From: Spirochaetaceae bacterium
GTDB taxonomy: Bacteria > Spirochaetota > Spirochaetia > DSM-2461
Assembly: GCA_965224705.1 (NCBI GenBank)
Contig: OZ245056.1
Location: 1,216,001-1,280,000, forward strand
Direction: 5' to 3'
DNA: 64,000 nucleotides
The notes below the pieces were generated by a model, which searched no databases, was not told the origin of the DNA, and was given only the letters and a program-made list of their open reading frames with translations. A program made the position numbers and the translations under genes. This document shows positions 1-9,509 of the stretch, one piece after another (the stretch's first letter is position 1; the number at the start of each line of letters is the position of its first letter).

Positions 1-1419
1 CATCTTCATGGACTCGCCCAGGGAAAAATTGAAACAATACTTACCTAAATGCATAAGTTTTTCAATGCACTCTTTTGCCCGATCTTTCTGAGACGGCGTA
101 AACTCGAAGCTGACACAGTCCACGGCTGCGGAAAGCCCGCTAAGGACTTCCCTCTCATTGCCCTCAGTATCAATCTTAATGAATCCGGGCTTCCCGTATA
201 CCGCTATCATCATATCCAGGGTTTTCATATCGGTCTGCTGCCTGCCATCCCATTCAATTCCCTGAAATTCGCTGCGCTCGCCCATTTCCCTTACCCATGA
301 TTGGTCGGTACTGGCAAGTGTGGGATTACGTTTTGAAACAAGCATTTCTGTACGCCGCTCTACAGCCCCTAAGGCAATAAACTCAAGCTGAACCCCTTCA
401 TGATCCCCAAACCAATTCTCAAGCAGCCCGCGGCATGCCGGCTGAGGCTCAAAACTCACAACCCTGGCTCCCAGAGCCAGAAATATGCGGGTTCTGCTGC
501 CCAGATGGGCACCAACATCAAATGCCATATCCGATGGATGGATAAACTGTGCATAAAAAGCTTTCATTCTTGCATAGCGCAGGGGGATATGAAAGTAAAT
601 AATAAAAGAGCGGTATATCCCGGCCCAATACTCTGGCGGAATAATGGATAAAAACGATCTTATTCTATAAATTGTTTCTATTAAAAAACTCGAAAAGACA
701 AGCAGCAGGGTGGCCGGGAGAAAAAACTTTATCTGAACTGCCAGGAATTTATTGAAAACCGCAGAATCCCCAGAAAGCAGCAAACTGCACCACAGAAACA
801 CGGTCACCGTCTGAAAGATTGCCGCCACGGTCTTTGAATACCAGTAAAACCATCTGGATGGAACAAATTCGAGCGGGAAAAACTGGAAGATCAGCGCAAA
901 AACGTAGCGGCTGATTCCCGGCAGAATGTAATACAGAGGAACATCTTCGAACAGAACAACCGTCACACAGCTCAGGCATAGCAGAATCGAATCAGTCTCA
1001 CGATCATACCAGGGCCCCCATTGGGCAGCGGCCGACTTCTGCTTCTCGTGCCGGGCAAGCCATCCGTCAATGGCATCGGCCATATATCCCCAGATCATCA
1101 GAATCACCGAGAACCAGCCGGTTATACTGCTTCTGCTGTGCAGCCACAGCACCCCGCAGGCCAATCCTCCCATAACACATAGACTCCTGATCAGGGTAAG
1201 CAAATTAGCCGGGCGGCGGAAGAAAATTCTGAAACTGACTTGAGAGTCTTGCAATGCAATGCAGAGCCCGTATAGAATGACCACAGCAAACAGCAGGGTA
1301 GTCAGCAGGAGAAAAACCATGCTGTTTCCTACCAGTTTCAGCGCTGTAAAGGTGTAAGCAAGAACGAGTAGGGAAACACGCGGCAGCCATTGAAAGTTTA
1401 TGTCATGAAAAACATACAT
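1..1419 (-). CDS. CDP-alcohol phosphatidyltransferase domain fused to FkbM-family methyltransferase (3' end beyond the window edge)
   Basis: Hand translation of the minus strand gives an open frame from ATG at 1419 to position 1. It contains PANLLTLIR and DAIDGWLAR...WGPWYDRETD (CDP-alcohol phosphotransferase motif), then FDVGAHLG, FEPQP and IKIDTEGNE (FkbM motifs). Absent from the ORF track because the stop lies outside the window. Confidence 0.85.
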   Translation of the reverse strand, partial: MYVFHDINFQWLPRVSLLVLAYTFTALKLVGNSMVFLLLTTLLFAVVILYGLCIALQDSQVSFRIFFRRPANLLTLIRSLCVMGGLACGVLWLHSRSSITGWFSVILMIWGYMADAIDGWLARHEKQKSAAAQWGPWYDRETDSILLCLSCVTVVLFEDVPLYYILPGISRYVFALIFQFFPLEFVPSRWFYWYSKTVAAIFQTVTVFLWCSLLLSGDSAVFNKFLAVQIKFFLPATLLLVFSSFLIETIYRIRSFLSIIPPEYWAGIYRSFIIYFHIPLRYARMKAFYAQFIHPSDMAFDVGAHLGSRTRIFLALGARVVSFEPQPACRGLLENWFGDHEGVQLEFIALGAVERRTEMLVSKRNPTLASTDQSWVREMGERSEFQGIEWDGRQQTDMKTLDMMIAVYGKPGFIKIDTEGNEREVLSGLSAAVDCVSFEFTPSQKDRAKECIEKLMHLGKYCFNFSLGESMKM

Positions 1420-1459
1420 TCGCTTAGTTACACCCGTCAGACTTGTGCAATGTCCGCCC

Positions 1460-2287
1460 ATGTACAGCAATAAAACCATCGAATGCGATGTCGCCAATTA
1501 CTACGACAACAACAGCCCCCGTTTTCTTGGGACGGGGAAGAAAAGGCATGCTGGAGCCATTCACAGAAGGCTCCATCCTCCGGCGGCAGCCGACGAAACG
1601 GAATCGGCCTATTATTCAAATTCGCTTGTTCTTGGGTTTATAAGAGATATTGGTGCTGAAAGAATACTCGATCTAGGATGCGGCATCGGGGGCAGTATAC
1701 GGTATTTAAGACGCAGGTACAAGGCCAGGTACACCGGTATCAGCCTGAGCCCTGTCCAGTGTGCAATTGCACGGGAATTTGGTACCGAAATTGAGCTTGG
1801 GAGTTATCTTGATCCTCTGTGGTATAAAAACAGAGAACCTTTCGATCTGATATACGCCATTGAAAGCCTCCAGCATAATCCCGATCACAATCTTCTGGTC
1901 CGCAATCTCAAGAAAGTCATGAAACAGGATTCCCGCCTCGTTGTCATTGATGACTTCATCAAGAAGGATAAACCCTTCAGCCGCCGCGAAACAAAGCTGA
2001 TAAACCGGTTTAAGAATCACTGGCATTCCCATGGCTTCACTTCAAAGTCGGATTTCATTGAAACATTGAACAGGAATGGTCTGGTTCTGCATGAGGAAAT
2101 CAACCTTACATCGCTTATGCCTGAACCTGTCTTGAACCAGCACTTAAGGGCGGCCATATTGAATTGCCTCTCCATGCTCCCGGTGCAGCATTCTGCTCTT
2201 GACAATATTATTGGGGGCGGAACATTGCTGCTGCTCCAGCAATTGGGGCTGGCAGAATACTATTTGCTTGTATTGGACAATCGTTAA
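1460..2287 (+). CDS. class I SAM-dependent methyltransferase
   Basis: ILDLGCGIGG motif I and FDLIYAIESLQH; divergent from the CDP-AP/FkbM gene; ATG at 1460 preferred over GTG at 1445. Confidence 0.85.
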   Translation: MYSNKTIECDVANYYDNNSPRFLGTGKKRHAGAIHRRLHPPAAADETESAYYSNSLVLGFIRDIGAERILDLGCGIGGSIRYLRRRYKARYTGISLSPVQCAIAREFGTEIELGSYLDPLWYKNREPFDLIYAIESLQHNPDHNLLVRNLKKVMKQDSRLVVIDDFIKKDKPFSRRETKLINRFKNHWHSHGFTSKSDFIETLNRNGLVLHEEINLTSLMPEPVLNQHLRAAILNCLSMLPVQHSALDNIIGGGTLLLLQQLGLAEYYLLVLDNR

Positions 2288-2760
2288 CCCCTATTTCTCA
2301 CCAATTGATCCGATTCTTCATATCACGCGTGCACAGTAAACATCTTCTTCTGCTGCTCGCCGTGGATGGGAATGTCGGCGGCATCAAAATCCAGAATCAG
2401 GGTTTCCGGCGGCTCCTTGAAACTCTCAAGAAACAGTTGACAGAGCAACTCTTCAATCCCCCTGGCATCCCAGGTGATTTTTCATCCAACTCATGGCCGA
2501 GTTCCAATCTGTTCAGGGTGCTCTTTCCGGCAACTGGCGTTTTATCATCCCACCCGCATATATATTGAAGCAGTGGATCTTCGCGCAATTGTTCATGATC
2601 ATTGAGATCTTCATAGCTCTGACAGATTCCGAAGATTCTCTGTTTCAGAAGAGCACCCAGGCTATGTGTAATTTTATCCTGATCTCTTTTATCGGTGAAA
2701 AAATCTGACAGCTTTTCAATCATTCTGTGCTTCTGCTCAACCTGCTGGAGCAGAAGAAAT
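2288..2760 (-). mobile_element. IS1380-family element remnant (internally deleted)
   Basis: Translation LLKQRIFGICQSYEDLNDHEQLREDP...AGKSTLNRLELG is typical of IS1380 transposases. End-like CCCCTATTTCTCACC at 2288. Shares near-identical blocks with 5198-5265 and 9140-9330. Confidence 0.75.
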
Positions 2761-3000
2761 CCGGCTGGCGGTGAAAAGATAATTGTCGGCATTGAGCGAG
2801 CTCTTGCAGTTAAGCCGGATATCCTGATCCTGGATGAAATTGATCGGAATTTGGACCAGGCGATACTAAAAGTCGTGATAAACATCTGCAAAGAGAATGT
2901 CGATACCATTTTGTATGTCGGCCACCTTGACTCCAGTGTGTTTAATCCAAACAAGGTTGTGACAGTCGACAATGGGCTCGTCGTGCAAACCACGGTGTAG
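2761..3000 (+). pseudogene. C-terminal fragment of an ABC transporter ATP-binding protein
   Basis: GGEKIIVGIERALAVKPDILILDEID (signature/Walker B); N-terminal half replaced by IS1380 sequence. Confidence 0.6.
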
Positions 3001-3074
3001 AGCAATGTGTCGACCCCTGTTGGAGATGCCTCAAAGAAGTAGTAGAAGAAATTAGTCAGGCGCTGCGTTGTTTC

Positions 3075-4817
3075 TTAATGCAGCTCCCCGAAACTGGAAA
3101 CAAGCTTCACCTGCTTCCCCCGGAATCCCACACCCAGCACCAGGCATTTTCCGGGCTTGTATTTTGTCTGGAGGCCTTCCAAATACCGTTTTATCGCCTG
3201 GCTATGGGCCTCTTGGGCCAGTTGCTCCAGCGGCGTGTTTTTGTCGGCGGATTCCTGCTTCAGCTCGAACAAAACGGCCTGTTCCCCGGGGGAAGTTCCA
3301 AAGCTGCGTTTCAGCAGGACAATATCGGCCCGTCCCATACCGTATTCCCGGTTGCTTTCCACCATGTATTCGGCACCCAGATAGGCCAGCAGACCCAAAA
3401 GCAGGCCGTGGTAGAACTTTTCACCGGATTCCCAGTTCCCGGCAGGGGCCATGTCATGATGGCTGGCCAGCACAAAGAGTATCCGCCCCAAACTCTGTTC
3501 AATCATTCGGGGATTTAACTCCTCAATGCCGCGGATAAAGGCGAAAAAATCATCATTCCCCGACAACTCATCCTCCAGCCAAAACTTGATGATATCGGCA
3601 TAAGCGGTTTCCACTTCCAAATTGGGGATGGAAAGGTTGTAGGTAATATTGCTGCGGACCTGCTCTTTCCCGCTGGCCTTTAGATAGCCGCCGTGAAGCA
3701 GGAAGCTCCAGACCACTTCCTGCCTCCTGGGGATTTCCGGGTAGGAAATATTCCGGTAAACGATTTTCCTGACCTTTTCTCCCCGCAGTAAGCGCGAAAC
3801 GACATCCCTTGGAGCCTGCTTATCCATCCGCAGCACTTCCCGGACCACGGCGTTGTCGCTGGTGTTGATCCAGTAGGGACACAGCCCATCTTCCGGGGAA
3901 CCGATATAATTGATGATGCTCCAGGGATTGTAGATGGTGGTATCGCTGCCGAACACATAGCCATTGTACCATTCCCGGATGCCAGCCATCTTTTCTGCCT
4001 GCCCAAAGCTCTCCGCCATGGCCTCCACCTCCGCTTCCGTAAAGCCAAAGCAGTCCTTCATCGCGGAATCGAGCAATGTCGATACTTGCGGATTGTTGAA
4101 ATCGCTGAAAATGCTCTCCTGCGCCACCTTGAGTATGCCGATGACCACCGCCTGCTTGAGGTGGGGATTGTCCTTGAAGGTCTGGACCATGAAGCTGCGG
4201 ATGAAACGGATCATTTCATCGTAGAAATTATTCACATAGGCCGCGTGAAGCGGGGTGTCATACTCGTCCAGGAGAATGTAGGCCGGTTTGCTGTAGGCGC
4301 GGTGAAGCCAGGCGGAGAGATATTCAATGGATTGGGCGCAGTCCTGATCCGTGCCCTTCTTATGCAGCATCTTTGTGAAAAACGCCTGTTCTTCCTCGTC
4401 CAATACATTGAGGTTTTGCAAGTATTCATGTCTGTGGTATTCCGCTGAAAGCATTTTTCTGATAATCCCCATGCATTCATCATGCGCGGCACCCTTGACA
4501 TCCTTGAAACTCAAATGTATCACCGGATACTGTCCCATGTATTCCATGCATTCAGGACGGGAACTTATTGCCAATCCATCAAAGAGAGGACCATTTGACG
4601 GCCCATCGCCATGGCTTCCCGGCAAAGGTGCCTCAAAGAAGTAGTGGATCATGCTGAGATTGAGCGTTTTGCCGAAGCGCCGGGGGCGGGTTATAAGATG
4701 CACTTCGCTTGGGTTGTCGATGAGATACTTGATAAGGTGGGTTTTGTCGACAAAATAGCCGTTTTCAGTGATGAATTTTTTGAAATCGCTAATCCCTTTC
4801 GCAATGCGCTTCTTCAT
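3075..4817 (-). CDS. AAA-ATPase-like protein with C-terminal PD-(D/E)XK nuclease (PF09820+PF08011 type)
   Basis: FVDKT, RPRRFGKTLNLSM, LLDEYDTP, WYNGY, YNPWS, SNREYGMGRADI...FELK. Confidence 0.9.
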   Translation of the reverse strand: MKKRIAKGISDFKKFITENGYFVDKTHLIKYLIDNPSEVHLITRPRRFGKTLNLSMIHYFFEAPLPGSHGDGPSNGPLFDGLAISSRPECMEYMGQYPVIHLSFKDVKGAAHDECMGIIRKMLSAEYHRHEYLQNLNVLDEEEQAFFTKMLHKKGTDQDCAQSIEYLSAWLHRAYSKPAYILLDEYDTPLHAAYVNNFYDEMIRFIRSFMVQTFKDNPHLKQAVVIGILKVAQESIFSDFNNPQVSTLLDSAMKDCFGFTEAEVEAMAESFGQAEKMAGIREWYNGYVFGSDTTIYNPWSIINYIGSPEDGLCPYWINTSDNAVVREVLRMDKQAPRDVVSRLLRGEKVRKIVYRNISYPEIPRRQEVVWSFLLHGGYLKASGKEQVRSNITYNLSIPNLEVETAYADIIKFWLEDELSGNDDFFAFIRGIEELNPRMIEQSLGRILFVLASHHDMAPAGNWESGEKFYHGLLLGLLAYLGAEYMVESNREYGMGRADIVLLKRSFGTSPGEQAVLFELKQESADKNTPLEQLAQEAHSQAIKRYLEGLQTKYKPGKCLVLGVGFRGKQVKLVSSFGELH

Positions 4818-4974
4818 GGCTCCAAGCATATCATATTGGCGGGGAAAAGCACAGGGAGCGATTTAGGGGCTGAAGGAATTAGTCGGTCGGCACCTTGTTT
4901 CTTATCCAAAGTTCAACAAAACACTCTTAGAAACTCCAAAATCACCTTCTTTGAAGTTTTTTCAAGTTTTAATT

Positions 4975-5270
4975 CCCATTTCTCACCAGCATAAAACTGC
5001 ATAAATCGGATTGTAGAGGACATGATTCGGGTTTCATCGCCGCTGACCTGCTGAATTGTTCTTCGAAGATGGACAAAGAAAATATAGGCGATTGCCGAGA
5101 AGGACAATCGGAGCTGATTTGAACTCATCCACCAGGTGGAGCTGCGGTCGGCAAACAGATAAAAAGGTAGCTGATCGTAATATCCGTGAAAAACCGCTTC
5201 TGCTGCTCGCCGTGGATGGGAATGTCGGCGGCATCAAAATCCAGGATCAGGGTTTCCGGCGGCTCATCAA
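4975..5270 (-). mobile_element. IS1380-family remnant (C-terminal and internal pieces)
   Basis: SSNQLRLSFSAIAY C-terminal motif, end-like CCCATTTCTCACC at 4975, block shared with 2349-2415. Confidence 0.7.
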
Positions 5271-5283
5271 TCGCCTCGAAGTC

Positions 5284-5535
5284 TCAAAGTCCGACAGACT
5301 CATATACTAAGCCGAGAGCTTTTGAGAAAAATGGGCAGTTCCGAACCATGTTGACCTCTTCAAAACTGTTTCTTCCCTGTACAAACAGTTCGGTCATTGT
5401 CTTTATGGTTTGTTTGTCTGCTCCCCAAAGTATGGCATCGGATGTGAAACCCAAGCCAATCTCTTTAAATACTTTTCCCGCCAGTACAATTCCCCCTGTA
5501 CGGGTTAAAGCTTCTGTGGTAGTATCTATCTTCAT
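5284..5535 (-). pseudogene. N-terminal fragment of a second IS1380-like transposase
   Basis: MKIDTTTEALTRTGGIVLAG...QGRNSFEEV...FFSKALGL resembles IS1380-group N-termini; truncated. Confidence 0.5.
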
Positions 5536-5632
5536 AAGACTCAGCTCCTGGGTTAATTGGGTTTTAGTCTTAATTCATTATATCACAGAAGATTGAACCA
5601 TTGTTTTAAATCTTTTATGTGGATTCAGGTAT

Positions 5633-6832
5633 ATGACAAAAGAGAATTCACCGCTGCTAAAAAGTCTTTCGCTCAAGAATTTCCTTTCATTTGGGCCGGA
5701 TTCAACCAAAGTGCCGCTTACTAATCTAAATGTGATCATTGGCGCTAACGGGACTGGAAAATCCAACCTAATTGAGGCTATTTCTGTGCTCCAAGCTGTA
5801 CCGCGTGATCTTCCTTTTCCAATTCGGCAGGGAGGAGGAGTGCGTGATTGGCTTTGGAAAGGACCTGAGGGGGCGGAACAAGCGGCAATTGAAGTCGTCT
5901 TTAATGAAGGGCATATCGCACAATTTCCACCAAAGTACCCAGCTATTCGATATCGTTTGGTTTTCGGCGTAGAAGGTGGATCGTTTGTGGTTCTCGACGA
6001 ACGAATCGAAAACGAAACCCCCTATGCAGGCCATGAAGAACCATACTTCTATTTCGCGTTTGACAACGGTCGCCCTGTACTCAATGTAAGCGATGCACAC
6101 AGACACCTGCGGAGAGAAGACATCGATCCTACTCAATCCATCCTCTCGCAGCGCCGTGATCCTGAAACCTACCCAGAAGTTTCTCGGTTGGCAGATATAC
6201 TTCGGAAGATTCTAATCTACCGGACCTGGTCCTTTGGTCCTAATGCTGCGTTACGCATGAGTTGCGCTCCTGATGTGCGTACCGACTACCTGACCGAAGA
6301 TTTTAGTAATTTACCCGCGAGGCTATCTGTACTGAAAAAGACCCCGGCAACGAAGAAGAAAATAGTTGATCTGCTTGGGGAATTGTCTCCAGGTTTTGAT
6401 GATCTGGAAATCGTACCCGAGGGTGGTCAGCTTCAACTTTATCTTACAGAGAACGAACGAACATTCCCCGCACGCCGCCTATCAGACGGAAGTCTTCGTT
6501 TTCTCTCTCTTCTCGCGATTTTGCTCGATCCAACTCCGCCTCCACTCATAGTGATCGAGGAACCGGAATTAGGATTGCATCCGGACACGCTGCCAGTCTT
6601 GCGCGATTTGTTTGTGGAAGCAAGCAAGTCTTGCCAGCTTATCGTCACGACCCATTCCACGCAGTTCATTGATGCAATGACGGATTACGCTGAGTCCGTG
6701 CTTGTCTGCGAGAAACAAGATGGCTCTACGAGTTTCACTCGATTGTCGCAGGAGGAAATCGATAAGTGGAAAGAGTACGACAGTTTGGGACGCTTGTGGA
6801 TGAGCGGACATATCGGCGGCACTCGATGGTAG
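5633..6832 (+). CDS. ABC-type AAA_21 (COG4637-like) ATPase
   Basis: Walker A GANGTGKSN, signature LSDGSLR, Walker B IEEPELGLHP, TTHS. Confidence 0.9.
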   Translation: MTKENSPLLKSLSLKNFLSFGPDSTKVPLTNLNVIIGANGTGKSNLIEAISVLQAVPRDLPFPIRQGGGVRDWLWKGPEGAEQAAIEVVFNEGHIAQFPPKYPAIRYRLVFGVEGGSFVVLDERIENETPYAGHEEPYFYFAFDNGRPVLNVSDAHRHLRREDIDPTQSILSQRRDPETYPEVSRLADILRKILIYRTWSFGPNAALRMSCAPDVRTDYLTEDFSNLPARLSVLKKTPATKKKIVDLLGELSPGFDDLEIVPEGGQLQLYLTENERTFPARRLSDGSLRFLSLLAILLDPTPPPLIVIEEPELGLHPDTLPVLRDLFVEASKSCQLIVTTHSTQFIDAMTDYAESVLVCEKQDGSTSFTRLSQEEIDKWKEYDSLGRLWMSGHIGGTRW

Positions 6833-7446
6833 AGCGGTCCTTAAAGAGACTTTTCGTCGAAGGGGGTGGTGACAATGAGGCTCTCAAGACCGAATGTCGC
6901 CGTGGTTTCAGGGCGTTTCTTGAGAAATCAGGGTTCAAGGGAAGTATGCCTAGAATTGTGGCATGTGGGGGGCGCAGCAATACCTACAAGAAGTTTTGCA
7001 CAGCCTTGAACAGTGCATCCACAGATGATGTCACGATCTTGCTTGTAGATTCAGAGTGTCCAATCACTGTAAATTCGTCCGCTTGGAAACATGTAAAGAA
7101 TCGAATTGGAGATGGTTGGGATAGGCCGGCGGCAGCAAAGGAGGCAGATCTTCACTTCATGGTAGAGTGCATGGAGAATTGGTTCTTGGCAGACAAAGAA
7201 GCACTATCAAGGTTTTTTGGAGATGGTTTCAAAGAAAATGCGCTTCCCGCCAATCCCAATGTAGAGGAAATCTCAAAATCTGATGTCTACAAGAAGCTAG
7301 AAGGTGCCACTAAACAATCAAAAAAGAAAGCGTATGACAAGGGAGCGCATTCGTTCAAGATTTTGGCCGGGGTCGATCCTAACAGGGTACGCGGTGCGGC
7401 TCCCTTTGCCGATCGTTTTTTGACGCACTTGGCCGAGGTGCTTTGA
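6826..7446 (+). CDS. DUF4276-family protein (TOPRIM-like putative nuclease)
   Basis: FVEGGG, LLVDSE, MENWFLAD motifs; start overlaps the ATPase stop (ATGGTAG). Confidence 0.8.
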   Translation: MVERSLKRLFVEGGGDNEALKTECRRGFRAFLEKSGFKGSMPRIVACGGRSNTYKKFCTALNSASTDDVTILLVDSECPITVNSSAWKHVKNRIGDGWDRPAAAKEADLHFMVECMENWFLADKEALSRFFGDGFKENALPANPNVEEISKSDVYKKLEGATKQSKKKAYDKGAHSFKILAGVDPNRVRGAAPFADRFLTHLAEVL

Positions 7447-7604
7447 AATGGCCGTCCTTACGGAGGGGGCGTTACACGATGTGCTGATCAGCAGCGGCAT
7501 CCCATGCGCGATAACCGAGTTTAAGGGGTGCTTCGAGCGCTCCGCAGCCGACCTGACGAGGGCAAGAATGCCTCCAGGGTTCGGATCGTAGTGGAGTAGA
7601 CTTG

Positions 7605-7867
7605 ATGGCGATTTCCCTGTCAGAAACGCAGGAGTCTGTCGGACTTTAAGACTTCGAGGCGGAAGTCCGACAGGCTCCTTGCAGGCAGTACCAGCGATTA
7701 CCAGGGGGAAGCAACCAGTATTCGTAATGATGGATGGAACCGACCTCTACCGAGTTCTCGAGGGGCGTGAGCAGCTTGATGAGCTGTTGCGTTGCAAGGT
7801 TCGACGATTGGCCGAACGCGGAGAGCCTTATGTCCCGGTATCGGAGCTGTACAAGGAGAAGAAATGA
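7605..7867 (+). pseudogene. Remnant of a probable restriction-endonuclease gene; N- and C-terminal stubs joined through a mini-MITE
   Basis: MAISLSETQ (7605) precedes the element. AITRGKQPVFVMMDGTDLYRVLEG...LDELLRCKVRRLAERG follows it and resembles C-termini of Mrr-like endonucleases. Confidence 0.45.
7631..7678. mobile_element. 48-bp mini-MITE (terminal inverted repeats only)
   Basis: GGAGTCTGTCGGACTT ... AAGTCCGACAGGCTCC, the same ends as the 163-bp element at 52448. Confidence 0.8.
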
Positions 7868-7991
7868 ACAACCAGCAATTGCTCATTTTGGATAAAAGAA
7901 GGCAGAAATCCCTGTAAAATGCCTGGGTCAAACCTTTGAGAACGACGAGGCGCGACATATCATTGCTGTTATGTGCAGCAGCTCCGTTTTC

Positions 7992-8324
7992 CTAACTTGT
8001 TTCACCGTACATCTCTGTTATCAAAAGTCTCAATTTTCTGGAATCTTCCGATGTTATCTTATCAAGCCGCTTGATCAGGCGTTTTTTTGAAATCGTCCTG
8101 ATTTGATCCACCACTATCTCAGCTTCCTTCCCCTGGCATAGGATTGCTATCCGACTTTTCCAGGCGGCATGTATTTGAGTGGTAAGAGGGCAAACGACAA
8201 CGGTTTCAAGATATTCGTTCATGGAATTGTCAGAGACTATGACCACGGGTTTTGCTTTCCGTATTTCGCTCCCCATAGCAGGATCCAAATTGGCAAGATA
8301 CAACTCATATCTTTTAAGCTTCAT
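7992..8324 (-). CDS. mazF: PemK/MazF-family toxin
   Basis: LDPAMGSEIRKAKPVVIVS, VCPLTT, DQIRTISKKRL. Confidence 0.9.
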   Translation of the reverse strand: MKLKRYELYLANLDPAMGSEIRKAKPVVIVSDNSMNEYLETVVVCPLTTQIHAAWKSRIAILCQGKEAEIVVDQIRTISKKRLIKRLDKITSEDSRKLRLLITEMYGETS

Positions 8325-8557
8325 TATTCATCATCCTGAAACACCTCATGCCAATCCGACCAATCCTCATCCTTTGCTATTGCCTGATAAGTTTCATCCC
8401 AGGAAATTTTCTGATTTTCTTTCGCGTGTATCAGAATCCCTTCCCTTTTTTCCTCTATGACAACTTCATCTTTAAAATGATATTTTGCAATAATATTTTT
8501 GGGAAGGCGAAGCCCCTTGCTGTTGCCGATGTTAATAATTTTCGCTTCTCTCACCAT
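8324..8557 (-). CDS. mazE: AbrB/MazE-family antitoxin
   Basis: IGNSKGLRLPK swapped-hairpin motif, acidic C-terminus, 1-bp overlap with the toxin. Confidence 0.9.
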   Translation of the reverse strand: MVREAKIINIGNSKGLRLPKNIIAKYHFKDEVVIEEKREGILIHAKENQKISWDETYQAIAKDEDWSDWHEVFQDDE

Positions 8558-8559
8558 AT

Positions 8560-8594
8560 AATACGTGTATATACAGTAATTACTCGAATGTCAA
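8560..8594 (-). promoter_or_regulatory. Putative mazEF promoter with overlapping palindromic operators
   Basis: TTGACA on the minus strand (8594-8589); perfect palindromes AGTAATTACT (8575-8584) and TGTATATACA (8566-8575) just upstream of the ATG. Confidence 0.5.
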
Positions 8595-8678
8595 CAGTGT
8601 TTGCCACCCTTTTTGATTTAAGGAGCAATTACACATAATGGGCCGCCGTTGTGCGACGGTTCGCCGTGCCGAAGGGCT

Positions 8679-8831
8679 GGGACCTCTCGGACTTACGCCT
8701 CACGGCTCGATTTTTGCCCTTTTTTCTGCTGTTGCGTTGCCAAAATACTCACGTAACTTAAGTTTTTGTCGCCTTGCATCAGGAAGAAATCATCAAAAAT
8801 CGCCTCTAAGCCCTAAAGTCTGACAGACTCC
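8679..8831 (-). mobile_element. MITE copy (degenerate, inverted)
   Basis: Reverse-complement match to 52448-52610 with a degenerate left end and a short internal deletion. Confidence 0.8.
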
Positions 8832-9330
8832 CTGGCAATGACATCCCGATTGCGACTCCAACTGCTTTCGGTCTTCCAGGAAAAACGGGTAAAAACACGT
8901 TCGGCTTCTTTGCTTTTACCGAAGAGCTTTTCAGCCCTAACCATCTGCGGATCAATCTCCACGGAAAATGATACGGACATCAGGAAATCTGGCCCTGATC
9001 GCGCCAACCAGCTTGACCAGAATCTCTTCGGTACCGTCACAGGCATCCAGGCTGGACGGCCGCAGTCGGGCGATCAGGGGAAAATCATCACAGAACACAT
9101 AGAGCGGAAGGTAGCTGATCGTAATATCCATGAAAAAACCGCTGCTGCTGATCGCCGTGAATGGGAATGTCGGTGGCATCAAAATCCAGAATCAGGGTTT
9201 CCGGCGGCTCCTCTAAACTCTCAAGAAACAGTTGACAGAGAAGCTCTTCAATCCCCCTGGCATCCCAGGTGATTTTGCATCCAACTCATGGCCGAGTTCC
9301 AATCTGTTCAGGGTGCTCTTTCCGGCAAGG
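8832..9330 (-). mobile_element. IS1380-family remnant
   Basis: YLPLYVFCDDFPLIARLRPS...FPDVRIIFRGD; shares blocks with 2349-2535. Confidence 0.75.
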
Positions 9331-9367
9331 GGTTAGCGCACCCACACATTCTACGGGAACCCAAAAT

Positions 9368-9398
9368 AATTCAATTTGATGAGTTTTTGAAGAGACTC
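9368..9398 (-). repeat. IS-end-like repeat, inverted copy of 26633-26663
   Basis: 30/31 identity to GAGCCTCTTCAAAAACTCATCAAATTGAATT. Confidence 0.7.
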
Positions 9399-9416
9399 TA
9401 AGTACTTAGATCCTGC

Positions 9417-9445
9417 TTGACACCGAAAAAATGTGGCGTTAAGAT
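9417..9445 (+). promoter_or_regulatory. sigma70-type promoter of the sugar ABC operon
   Basis: TTGACA-17 bp-TAAGAT; AGGAGG RBS before ATG 9510. Confidence 0.6.
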
Positions 9446-9509
9446 CGTTTATGTCTCTAAATCCTCAACCCGGGGAAAGCAGAGAACAATAATTATTAGG
9501 AGGACGATC

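Noticed and set aside
49..1390. Short ORFs listed in the track at 49-300, 400-651, 749-979 and 1205-1390
   Set aside because: They overlap the long minus-strand CDP-AP/FkbM frame, which carries clear motifs.
2397..3005. 202-aa ORF as a real gene
   Set aside because: Chimera of the antisense of an ABC fragment and IS1380 sequence.
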